Virus record (IMG/VR): IMGVR_UViG_3300044729_001490
Location: 6,388-70,387 of that record
Reading direction: 5' to 3' (one strand)
DNA length: 64,000 nucleotides
Source: a virus
Below, piece after piece: positions 41,658-49,189 of the stretch. The notes below the pieces were generated by a model, which was not told where the DNA came from, did not search any database, and saw only the letters and a list, made by a program, of their open reading frames with translations. Position 1 is the stretch's first letter; each line of letters starts with the position of its first letter. Both the position numbers and the translations under genes were made by a program.

Positions 41658-41878
41658 TTCACGACTCCATTTCTTAGTTCTGTCGCGGTTTCCCAGTTGC
41701 AGTAAATGAATCCACGCGATTCCGCTTTAGAATCGACAACCGCCATCTTGTACGTGACCGACTCAGCGTGTTTGATTGCGTCCAATAGGCGAGCGTATTG
41801 CCCAGCTGGAACTACCTCGGGGTAGTCCGAGTATGCTTCGACGTTGAACACCTTGTATCGTTCGTCTGTTGTTGCCAT
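41654..41878 (-). CDS. Hypothetical protein
   Basis: 74-aa ORF. Confidence 0.6.
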   Translation of the reverse strand: MATTDERYKVFNVEAYSDYPEVVPAGQYARLLDAIKHAESVTYKMAVVDSKAESRGFIYCNWETATELRNGVVK

Positions 41879-41882
41879 TGTT

Positions 41883-42074
41883 TCAATCCTTCTCTTTTGT
41901 TTTAGTTAGTGTGATTTCTTGTGACGCGAAAAGCGCGTGCTCCATGTTGCAAAGTAAGTTCATCAGACCTTCAGCCCAATCGGGTAATGGCTGCCCCTTT
42001 TCGCCGTACTCTGCAAAGAGCAATTGCCCGAATTCGTTTGCTTGGTCGGTTAGCAGTTCTAGATTGATTTTCAT
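41883..42074 (-). CDS. Hypothetical protein
   Basis: 63-aa ORF. Confidence 0.55.
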   Translation of the reverse strand: MKINLELLTDQANEFGQLLFAEYGEKGQPLPDWAEGLMNLLCNMEHALFASQEITLTKTKEKD

Positions 42075-42298
42075 TTCGATATCCTTTCGCGGTTTAGCTT
42101 GGCGACCTCTTTTTTGTACTCAGTAACAGAACACTCTCCGATGCTCAATCGTGAGCCATCTGGTAGCGGCAGAGTGCCGACATAGCCTTTCATGTTGAAG
42201 TACAGTTGGTCGAAGAGCTTGCCATCGACCAGAACGTCATAGCGCGGCGTGCGCTCTAGCATTTGGCATCCGCGCGTTGTCTTAACGAGTTTAATCAT
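42071..42298 (-). CDS. Hypothetical protein
   Basis: 75-aa ORF. Confidence 0.6.
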   Translation of the reverse strand: MIKLVKTTRGCQMLERTPRYDVLVDGKLFDQLYFNMKGYVGTLPLPDGSRLSIGECSVTEYKKEVAKLNRERISK

Positions 42299-42309
42299 GG
42301 TCTTATTCC

Positions 42310-42933
42310 TTAGAATTTGAGAAATGCGATGTTTTTATCGGCAGCGAAGCAAGCCTTGCAGCGTGCGCATGTGGTTCGTTTTTCGGCTGGGACGCCCTTA
42401 CGCTTTTGCGCATCCACTGGGCAAAGAAACTCATCGGCTTGGCGTTCAGTCGCCTCGTTGATGACTCTCGCGGTTCTCCATCCGTTGGCGTTGTGTGCTG
42501 CTTTCTCGTCGGCAGAATCACAGCTCGCTAGGATGTGCAGATTGCTCGGTAAGTCTTTGGGTGTGATTCCAGCCTTGCGCCACTCTGCCGCTGCGTGTGT
42601 GTAGCCCCAACCCGTCAACCAGGGAGCTTTTTTGTGCAATGCGATGACGGCGCGGACGAACGCCTTATCGAGTGTCTTACGACCGTTTGCGAGAGTCTTG
42701 AGCCAATCACCACTAACCAAATGCCTTGCAAGTGTATTGCCTGCTAAAGCCATCAGGTCGCCGTTATCGTCGGCAGACTTTGTGGCGTGGATGCCAACGT
42801 GCCCACGTTGGGCATAGCATCCATTCCCCAGCAATGGGCAGGATGGAGGGCAAGTAATTCCGACGGGTCTGTAGGTCGTTCCAACGCCTGGTCCGAGCTT
42901 GGCGTTGTTGCCGTTTGAAACTACTTTGAGCAT
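42310..42933 (-). CDS. Cys-rich phage Gp88-like protein
   Basis: NAKLG..TCPPSCP..CYA..R..VSGD..YTH..CP..TCARCKAC. Confidence 0.6.
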   Translation of the reverse strand: MLKVVSNGNNAKLGPGVGTTYRPVGITCPPSCPLLGNGCYAQRGHVGIHATKSADDNGDLMALAGNTLARHLVSGDWLKTLANGRKTLDKAFVRAVIALHKKAPWLTGWGYTHAAAEWRKAGITPKDLPSNLHILASCDSADEKAAHNANGWRTARVINEATERQADEFLCPVDAQKRKGVPAEKRTTCARCKACFAADKNIAFLKF

Positions 42934-43376
42934 TACATAGACTCCAATACAGAAGTCGCGTAATCGCCAACAACGATATGGTCGAGAACCTTGATTCCGA
43001 CGATATCGCCCACCTTTTGGAGCATTTCGGTAACTGCTCGGTCTTGACGGCTCGGTGTCGGGTCGCCTGATGGGTGGTTGTGAATGAGCAAAATGCTCGC
43101 GGCGGCGTCGGCAATGGCTGCCCTGAATACTTCTCGGGGATGCACTAGCGAAGCGTCTAGCGTGCCTCTAGTGATGCGTACAACGCGACGAACTCGGAGT
43201 TGTGTGTCGAGTGTCGCAATCAAGAACTCTTCTTGGTCGAGTTTGTCGGCGAAATATTCGCCAAGACAGTTTTTCGCCCACTCGCAAGCGGCTGCCGACG
43301 AGTTGATTTTCGTCGACTGGTAGTGAGTTGCGGACTCGCCGACTTTCTGGAAGCGTGTTTCAAACACTGTTTTCAT
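42933..43376 (-). CDS. radC: RadC/JAB-domain protein
   Basis: GTLDASLVHPREVF..HNHPSGDPTPSRQD..VLDHIVVG. Confidence 0.93.
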   Translation of the reverse strand: MKTVFETRFQKVGESATHYQSTKINSSAAACEWAKNCLGEYFADKLDQEEFLIATLDTQLRVRRVVRITRGTLDASLVHPREVFRAAIADAAASILLIHNHPSGDPTPSRQDRAVTEMLQKVGDIVGIKVLDHIVVGDYATSVLESM

Positions 43377-43404
43377 TGGTCAATCCTTCTTAGATTGGCT
43401 TGGT

Positions 43405-43465
43405 GGTAGCTGCCATCGTCAGTACCTCGGAACTACCCGAGATAAACGCCCGAAGGCGTTTCGGC
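43405..43465 (-). ncRNA. Type II hammerhead ribozyme with loop I/3'-tail pseudoknot
   Basis: GCC-GAAA-CGCC(TTCG)GGCG-TT-TATCTCGG(GTAGTT)CCGAGGTA-CTGACGA-T-GGC-AGCTACC. Confidence 0.88.
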
Positions 43466-43466
43466 T

Positions 43467-43853
43467 TTAGTTTGCTGCCTTCAGTTCTGGTTTAATAACG
43501 AAACACTTCGAAGTCATCGTTTGAAACTCCGATTCGATGCGGCCTAGGATTCTTTCGGCGGTGTGCTCGCGGAATAGCATGGAACACTCAACGTCTAGGT
43601 CTTTCCATTCGCCACCCTTGGAAACGTCCCATTCTATTTCGACTGACTCCTCTGTGATGGAAACGCAGAAAAAGTAGCCGCCGTCTCTATTGTGGAGCAT
43701 GACTTGGCTCGCGTCCTCTGTGTAGACAAGCCCTGCGAAAAACTCGCGCAAGAATTCCGACACCTCTTTAGTGATTCCGGCGGCGTTCAATACTGATTGT
43801 GCTTCGATGAGGTAATCCAAAGCAGTCTTTTGTTTAAGTTCTTGTTCTGTCAT
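43467..43853 (-). CDS. Acidic hypothetical protein, first early gene
   Basis: Likely start MTEQ after AAGGA. Confidence 0.65.
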   Translation of the reverse strand: MTEQELKQKTALDYLIEAQSVLNAAGITKEVSEFLREFFAGLVYTEDASQVMLHNRDGGYFFCVSITEESVEIEWDVSKGGEWKDLDVECSMLFREHTAERILGRIESEFQTMTSKCFVIKPELKAAN

Positions 43854-43929
43854 TTTCTTAATCCTTCGTAGATAGTGGACTTGGGACCATTCCCCTATAC
43901 GCCGCGAAGTGCGGGTCTGTACTATGTCC

Positions 43930-43957
43930 ATTGTCGCCACCTGCGTTTCGGTGTCAA
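43930..43957 (-). promoter_or_regulatory. Leftward early promoter
   Basis: TTGACA-16 bp-GACAAT on the minus strand. Confidence 0.6.
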
Positions 43958-44212
43958 TACTATTTCTTCCAACATTGGGCATAAAATAGGGCAGATTCTA
44001 CAAAATAGCCTGTTTTCCCTGCGTTTGCTGCGTGTTTTTTTGGGGTAATGAGTGCTTAAATCTGGTACTATTGGGTCGTTTCGGAGGCTGTTTTGTGCTG
44101 TCTTGGGTGGTGTCCGATGCGGTCGCTTTAATGAGAGACTGCACGGAGCCAGGATGAGCGACGAAGTGCAACCGCCAGCAAGCAAACAAACGCAAGCAAA
44201 CCAAAGGAAACC

Positions 44213-44902
44213 ATGACGAAACAAACGCTGATGATGACCGTGTTCAAGCGACTGAAAGCCGAGAATCGCTGGGACGAAGCAGAACCCGTAAGGGATGAGC
44301 TGGCGACCCGTGCCAGAGACCTCCGCCTTAAAGGACAGGACGCCCAGAACTACACGTATACCGAACTCGCCAAGAAATACCCTCCACTGGACGGCTCGAA
44401 ACCTGAAACGGCAATCAGCGAGGATCCAGCAAACGAGCGAAAACCAAGCAAACCAGCAAAACAGCAACTTGAAACGGGGGACGCCGCCCGTTTTTCGACC
44501 GCGGCAGACGTGGCACCTTTTCCAGTCCAAGACGTGGCACCTTTTTCCAAAAGTGGCGATTTGTCAGTGTCAGGATTGTCAAAAATCCCTGAGAATTGGG
44601 GCGATTTGCCGTCTAACGCGCAGCTGAGCGCCGAGGTTAGCTGGGTGCAGGCAAACAGGCTTCGGGTGGTCCGCGAAACGGCTGATGGAGTCGTTGTCGA
44701 CCTGTCTCGGGCGTTGTCGCCAGCGCCGTCCTACGCGACCCTCGGCTGGCTCGAAACCTCGATCAAGACGTACGCTAAGTTCGTGGATGTTGCCGCCAAA
44801 GCGACCGCGACGCAGGATAGCGAGGCGGCTGAGATCCGCCGCGAGCAACAATCCATCGAGGAGGTTCGCCGACTGTTGGCGTCGATGCTGGAGGCTGATT
44901 AA
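44213..44902 (+). CDS. Hypothetical protein, possible terminase small subunit
   Basis: 229 aa, helical, first gene after the strand switch. Function inferred only. Confidence 0.4.
   Translation: MTKQTLMMTVFKRLKAENRWDEAEPVRDELATRARDLRLKGQDAQNYTYTELAKKYPPLDGSKPETAISEDPANERKPSKPAKQQLETGDAARFSTAADVAPFPVQDVAPFSKSGDLSVSGLSKIPENWGDLPSNAQLSAEVSWVQANRLRVVRETADGVVVDLSRALSPAPSYATLGWLETSIKTYAKFVDVAAKATATQDSEAAEIRREQQSIEEVRRLLASMLEAD
44507..44545 (+). repeat. Motif B tandem pair (GACGTGGCACCTTTT x2, 24-bp period)
   Basis: 44507-44521 and 44531-44545; both encode DVAPF. Confidence 0.85.
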
Positions 44903-44940
44903 GGCGTTTCCCCTGTGTTTTCATTGGTGGAAGTCAATTC

Positions 44941-44957
44941 TGTGACACGCTGTCACA
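44941..44957. repeat. Dispersed palindrome copy 7 (reverse orientation, centre CGC)
   Basis: TGTGACACGCTGTCACA. Confidence 0.95.
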
Positions 44958-45390
44958 AAATCTAGGCGTCGAGATGGCTAGCGATGTCGGCAATGACCGC
45001 TTTGCAGGAAACCTCGTATTTCGCAGGGATTTATAGGTTTTCACCCCTAGTCCGACACCAACAAGTATGGGCTACGTGGTGCGTGTGGACTGCTGGTGCT
45101 CATGTGTGCAGGCTGCTAGCTGTGGGATGCTGGCTACGCTTGGGTGCTTGGCGCACGGCGTGTGCGCTGTTTACGCGAGGCTAGCGCGTGGTGCTGCGAG
45201 CTGTGACGCAAGCAGGCACCGAGGCGTTGAAGGGCTAGAAGTGCAGGGATTCGTTGGGTTTTTGTGCGTGCAAGGTGATGGCAGCGGAAACGTAACCACA
45301 CCCCCACCCCACCGTCGCGGGACTCCTGACGAATGTCCATTTTTCGTCAGCCCTAATTTTCAAGTGCGTGTCTGGGTCAATGCTCCTGGC

Positions 45391-45430
45391 GTTAGTTTTT
45401 GGCTAACTGAGTTAGTTATTAGCTAACTGG
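45391..45430. repeat. Tandem GTTAG-N7-CTAAC palindromes (20-bp period)
   Basis: gttagtttttggctaactga gttagttattagctaactgg. Confidence 0.65.
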
Positions 45431-45608
45431 GGATAGTAGTGGGTTTAGTGTCTCTGAGGGGCATTTTGTTAAAGCGGTTGGTGGCAACTTTTCCAGTACA
45501 AAACACCTCCAGGAGTGAAGTGTTGGAGGTCTAACGGAATTTGAACCGCGACAGCCACCCATGCCTCGCGCTCCGAAGTACCACTCTAAAATCAGCCACA
45601 ATTTCCAG

Positions 45609-45637
45609 TTGCGTTGACGGGTCAATGGTGTTATGTT
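45609..45637 (+). promoter_or_regulatory. Sigma70-like promoter
   Basis: TTGCGT-17 bp-TATGTT with extended -10 TG. Confidence 0.5.
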
Positions 45638-45644
45638 GCTAGTG

Positions 45645-45777
45645 TGCTTGTCGCAGGGTTCTTAAGAATGATGGCCATCGACTACGCGATTAGGATTGCA
45701 ACCGAAAGCGAGACGGCAGCAAGGGATATTACGGTTCGATTCCGTTGTGTTGCGACTTGAGAATCCTGCGACTGGCA
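45645..45777 (+). ncRNA. Candidate structured small RNA with T-loop
   Basis: 17-bp closing helix 45650-45666/45756-45772 (two G-U pairs); internal ACGG-TTCGATT-CCGT. Confidence 0.55.
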
Positions 45778-45875
45778 TTCTGGTGGAATCCGCCATGTTT
45801 AGGCGTTGTGGTTTTGTAGTGTGAGGCTGGTTAGGATAGTGCCTTTGTTTGAAGTGGGACCCGGGACAGTATCTG

Positions 45876-46568
45876 ATGTTGTTTTCAAAGTTTCCTAGTT
45901 ATAAGTGCGAAGCTCCAATTGAACCTCAGAGTCTTTCAGAGGTTAATTTCCGTCCTTCGATGTTGGAGATTCCTGTTTTTTCAGACGACCGAGAGATTAC
46001 TTATCAGCTGCAAACGCTTTATCGAAACGGGTCGTACAACTCAACGATTCGGCTGGATTTCATACAGCCAATTTTTGATTACATGGCTGAGACTAAGGCA
46101 ATTCGCTTTCGCAGGGTTTCTCAAGGCGCAAGATTGATTATTGAGCAAAGCAATCGTTCAAAAGGAAAGAATGTTTTTGCTTGGGCAGGCGGAAACAAAA
46201 TTAGCTTGTCGCCTGATGCAAATTACGGACGAAGCGTTTACACGACAGCCGTTGTGCTGTGCCACGAGTTTTTACATTGCGCAGGAGGAAGTTCGCATTC
46301 TAAAAAAGCAGAACCATTAATGGCTGCTAATGGAGGGACGACAGGTGGGTTTACTGCTTTAGACGAACCGTGGTGGAAGGCTTACGCATGGAAAGGCTCA
46401 GCAAGACCTGAAGCTGGCGGTCTTAGAAAGCGATTTGGAAGTGTACAAACACTTGAGGGTCGTGATTTGTCAGGTGAAGAAATTGCTATTGAAAAACTTT
46501 TTAGCTCAAGTGGTTGTGGTTGCGAAATGTCGTGGTTAGAACTTTTTTTTGGAGTAATGGAACCGTGA
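45876..46568 (+). CDS. Metzincin (M10-like) zinc metallopeptidase
   Basis: HEFLHCAGGSSH (HExxHxxG..H) followed by Met-turn PLM. Confidence 0.7.
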   Translation: MLFSKFPSYKCEAPIEPQSLSEVNFRPSMLEIPVFSDDREITYQLQTLYRNGSYNSTIRLDFIQPIFDYMAETKAIRFRRVSQGARLIIEQSNRSKGKNVFAWAGGNKISLSPDANYGRSVYTTAVVLCHEFLHCAGGSSHSKKAEPLMAANGGTTGGFTALDEPWWKAYAWKGSARPEAGGLRKRFGSVQTLEGRDLSGEEIAIEKLFSSSGCGCEMSWLELFFGVMEP

Positions 46569-47026
46569 AAACAAAAACGCACAATTATTTGCGATGGTTA
46601 ATTTTTCGCGATATGCCGACAGTTGTGGATATTGAAAACGAAAGTTTCAGCAATCCTTGGACTAAAAAGGAGTTTGTTCGCTGCATGAGCAATTGCAACG
46701 TCATTGGTATGGTAGCTGAAGTTAACAATGAAGTTGTTGGCTACATGATTTACGAAATAATGCCGAAAGAAATAACTCTTCTTTCGTTTGCGGTTCACCC
46801 AAAACATCGAAGAAGTGGCGTCGGAAGAACTTTGATTGAAAGATTGATTTACAAACTTGATAAAGGGCGAAGAAACAGAATATTGGCTGCAGTTCGCGAA
46901 AGAAACCTCGAAGCTCAACTATTTCTTCGCAATATGGGGTTTCTTTGTACTCAAGTGCTGACGGATTATTACGAGAATGTCACAGAAGATGCGTACATGA
47001 TGGAGTATTTTATAAGTGACAATTGA
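46565..47026 (+). CDS. rimI: RimI-like GNAT N-acetyltransferase
   Basis: IENESFSNPW..FAVHPKHRRSGVG..VRERNLEAQLF...GF..YY..EDAYMM. Confidence 0.85.
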   Translation: MKTKTHNYLRWLIFRDMPTVVDIENESFSNPWTKKEFVRCMSNCNVIGMVAEVNNEVVGYMIYEIMPKEITLLSFAVHPKHRRSGVGRTLIERLIYKLDKGRRNRILAAVRERNLEAQLFLRNMGFLCTQVLTDYYENVTEDAYMMEYFISDN

Positions 47027-47175
47027 GCAACCTTGGCGTGGGAGCGTCGTAACGGGACGCAAAACGCTGGTGAGCACTAGAGCCGCGAGTCTTCATAATC
47101 GCAATCGGTGCAGCAGGGAGGCTGGCCTCAGAGGAAGAGCCGTCCCTGCAATTTTTTAGCGGTGATTGGTTGTAA
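47027..47175 (+). ncRNA. Candidate multi-stem intergenic RNA
   Basis: GGCGT..GCGTC/GACGC..ACGCT; GCAC..GCGA/TCGC..GTGC; GCAGGGA-GGCT/AGCC-TCCCTGC followed by a T-run. Confidence 0.4.
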
Positions 47176-47194
47176 AAAACTAAAGGAACAAAAC

Positions 47195-47752
47195 ATGATA
47201 TATTCGAAATCTGGCGACATACCAACTCATCAATACTGCTACGTCGAGCAAAGGTACATAACTGGCGGCGAGTTGCAAGGTGTTGAACCCTGCGTTTGGT
47301 TCGGTATTGTTGCCTACACCGGCAGAGTGTGGGGCTGTCAGATTATGTTGAAATGCGGCGCAGTGTATCGCGAAGTTCCGTTGCATGCACTGAGCTTTTG
47401 CAAGCAGCCAATCCCTGAATGGTCACCCGCACTTGCGCAACATTGGGATTGCTACGGCAATGAGTTTTCGACTCTGTGCTACAAATATCTTTACGGATTG
47501 GATGTAAAAGCAAGATGCGCATTCGACCAAGAGCACGAAGGTAAATATTTGTTTACAGCAATTCCGGTTGGAGATGCTTACTCCGAAGCTCCTGACGAAG
47601 CAAAAGAGTTTGCCTTTATCCAACTCGACAACGGCAGAGTTACATGCCAGCCAACAAACAGATTGTTGTTTATTGATAAATCGTTTACTTCTCGCGACGC
47701 CGAGTGGCCCAAGCACCTTAGACCTCTTGAAACAACGTACCACGCAGAATGA
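47195..47752 (+). CDS. Phage hypothetical protein
   Basis: 185 aa from MIYSK; ..GAVYREVPLHAL..WDCY..QPTNR. Confidence 0.7.
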   Translation: MIYSKSGDIPTHQYCYVEQRYITGGELQGVEPCVWFGIVAYTGRVWGCQIMLKCGAVYREVPLHALSFCKQPIPEWSPALAQHWDCYGNEFSTLCYKYLYGLDVKARCAFDQEHEGKYLFTAIPVGDAYSEAPDEAKEFAFIQLDNGRVTCQPTNRLLFIDKSFTSRDAEWPKHLRPLETTYHAE

Positions 47753-47759
47753 AAAATTT

Positions 47760-47775
47760 TGTGACAGCGTGTCAC
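47760..47775. repeat. Dispersed palindrome copy 8
   Basis: TGTGACAGCGTGTCAC between the convergent stops at 47752 and 47782. Confidence 0.93.
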
Positions 47776-47781
47776 TAAATT

Positions 47782-48366
47782 TTATTTTTCTCGCTGTATG
47801 CGAATGTATCTCCACACAGTGCTTTCGCAAACACCAAGTTTGTCTGCAATCCGCTTGGCACTCCATCCTCGCAATCTCCACCTTGCAATTTTCTTTGGGT
47901 CAAATCCTGGCTTGGTAGCACCAGGCTTTTTGCCTTTGTAGAGTCCTTTTGCTTGTGCTTGTTCGATTCCCTGTCTTTGGCGCATGCGTTTGTAGTGGTC
48001 CGCAAGGTTTAGAACAACATTTAGAAGAGAATGAGCAGACTTGATGCTCTCGGAGTCGAAAAAGATATCTTGCGAGATGACGACAATCGCTATGTCCTTC
48101 GAAGCCAGAACGGCAATTGCGTCTGTTATTGTTGCGATAGAGGTGAATGCTTGCTCGAGACTGTACAGAACTAGCGTCTGGATAGAGCCGTTTTGAATGT
48201 CTTCGAACATCTGCTGGAACTCAGACTTTGACTCGCGGTCAACGAACCAGTGGACAGACGACGGGACAATTTTGTTTTGCATAAGCCATTTTTGAATGCC
48301 CGCGCGCTGAATGACCTCTGGCGGGAAAAAACGGTCAACCTGCATATAAACCGCAACTGTCGTCAT
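47782..48366 (-). CDS. Resolvase/invertase-family protein with degenerate catalytic motifs and intact HTH
   Basis: YMQVDR in place of YxRVST; SLEQAFT in place of xLDRLxR; RQRQGIEQAQAKG.YKGKKPG and HTH retained. Confidence 0.8.
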   Translation of the reverse strand: MTTVAVYMQVDRFFPPEVIQRAGIQKWLMQNKIVPSSVHWFVDRESKSEFQQMFEDIQNGSIQTLVLYSLEQAFTSIATITDAIAVLASKDIAIVVISQDIFFDSESIKSAHSLLNVVLNLADHYKRMRQRQGIEQAQAKGLYKGKKPGATKPGFDPKKIARWRLRGWSAKRIADKLGVCESTVWRYIRIQREK

Positions 48367-48444
48367 AAAATCTCCTTCTTGCTTTATTACTGTTCTGGGT
48401 CTATGGTAGTATGAAGTATTGTTGTTTGTTTAGGGAGTGGGTTT

Positions 48445-48741
48445 ATGAAAAAGCTGGAAATCGCTGCGGATGCGAAGTACGGCAATTTGGTTATTGTTCA
48501 AGAGGTCGAGCCTCTTGGAACCAAGCGCAGGTTTTTGTGTGCGTGCTCTTGCGGAGCTTCAAAGATTGTCCGTCTAGACCACTTGCGTAGTGGACATACC
48601 CAGACATGCGGAAGCTGTGGGATTGAACATGAAGGCGAGAGGATGCCGCTTTGCGAGTGGGCGAAACTCGCTGGACTTCCTGAATCGACACTTCGGGCAA
48701 GGCTGAAGACTATGGACATGTCTGAGGCGTTACTTAGGTAG
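48445..48741 (+). CDS. Homing-endonuclease-associated DNA-binding domains without an HNH core
   Basis: FLCACSCG..LRSGHTQTCG joined directly to LCEWAKLAGLPESTLRARL. Confidence 0.55.
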   Translation: MKKLEIAADAKYGNLVIVQEVEPLGTKRRFLCACSCGASKIVRLDHLRSGHTQTCGSCGIEHEGERMPLCEWAKLAGLPESTLRARLKTMDMSEALLR

Positions 48742-48761
48742 TTTATTTCTAGGAGTTTGTT

Positions 48762-49046
48762 ATGAAAAAGTGCTTGTGTCTTGGTGGAAAAATGTTTTGG
48801 TCAGACTTGAGTAAGCAGCTTGCTAATGTCTGGTCTGAGGTTGCGGAGCTTGGCGGGACGTTGCAGCATGGAGATTTGGAAAATGCTGAAACTATGTTTT
48901 CAGTAGTTCTAAATAATCATGGTGGGCGTTGCTTTCATGCGGAAACGCCAATGGACGCATGGAGAAAAGCAAAAGATTGGCTTTTGTCTCCTAGTCGCCC
49001 TTCATTTGCGGCAACTCAAGACACTGTAGTTACTGAAGTTTGTTGA
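48762..49046 (+). CDS. Hypothetical protein
   Basis: 94 aa, AGGAG SD. Confidence 0.55.
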   Translation: MKKCLCLGGKMFWSDLSKQLANVWSEVAELGGTLQHGDLENAETMFSVVLNNHGGRCFHAETPMDAWRKAKDWLLSPSRPSFAATQDTVVTEVC

Positions 49047-49071
49047 CATGAAAAATGGACATGGCTATATT
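49043..49071 (+). promoter_or_regulatory. Near-consensus sigma70 promoter
   Basis: TTGACA-17 bp-TATATT. Confidence 0.8.
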
Positions 49072-49108
49072 TGGAATCTCACTCTGCCTAGTAGGCAAAT
49101 CTCCAAAG

Positions 49109-49141
49109 AAGGGTGCGTTACTTCGGTGGCGCACCCTTTTT
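49109..49141 (+). terminator. Intrinsic terminator
   Basis: GGGTGCGTTAC-TTCG-GTGGCGCACCC-TTTTT. Confidence 0.85.
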
Positions 49142-49148
49142 CTATTTC

Positions 49149-49165
49149 TGTGACACGCTGTCACA
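49149..49165. repeat. Dispersed palindrome copy 9 (reverse orientation)
   Basis: TGTGACACGCTGTCACA, 25 bp before terL. Confidence 0.95.
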
Positions 49166-49189
49166 AAATTCCTGAAAGGCTAATGTAGC

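Noticed and set aside
43870-43925. GGTCCCAAGTCC on the minus strand resembling a twister ribozyme P4 loop
   Set aside because: Could not place the UAA cleavage strand or P1/P2; GGGA/TCCC is explained by a local hairpin.
43922-45625. ORFs 43922-44530(-), 45067-45426(+), 45134-45340(-) and 45419-45625(-)
   Set aside because: No clear SD, atypical composition, or antisense to a better gene; probably spurious.
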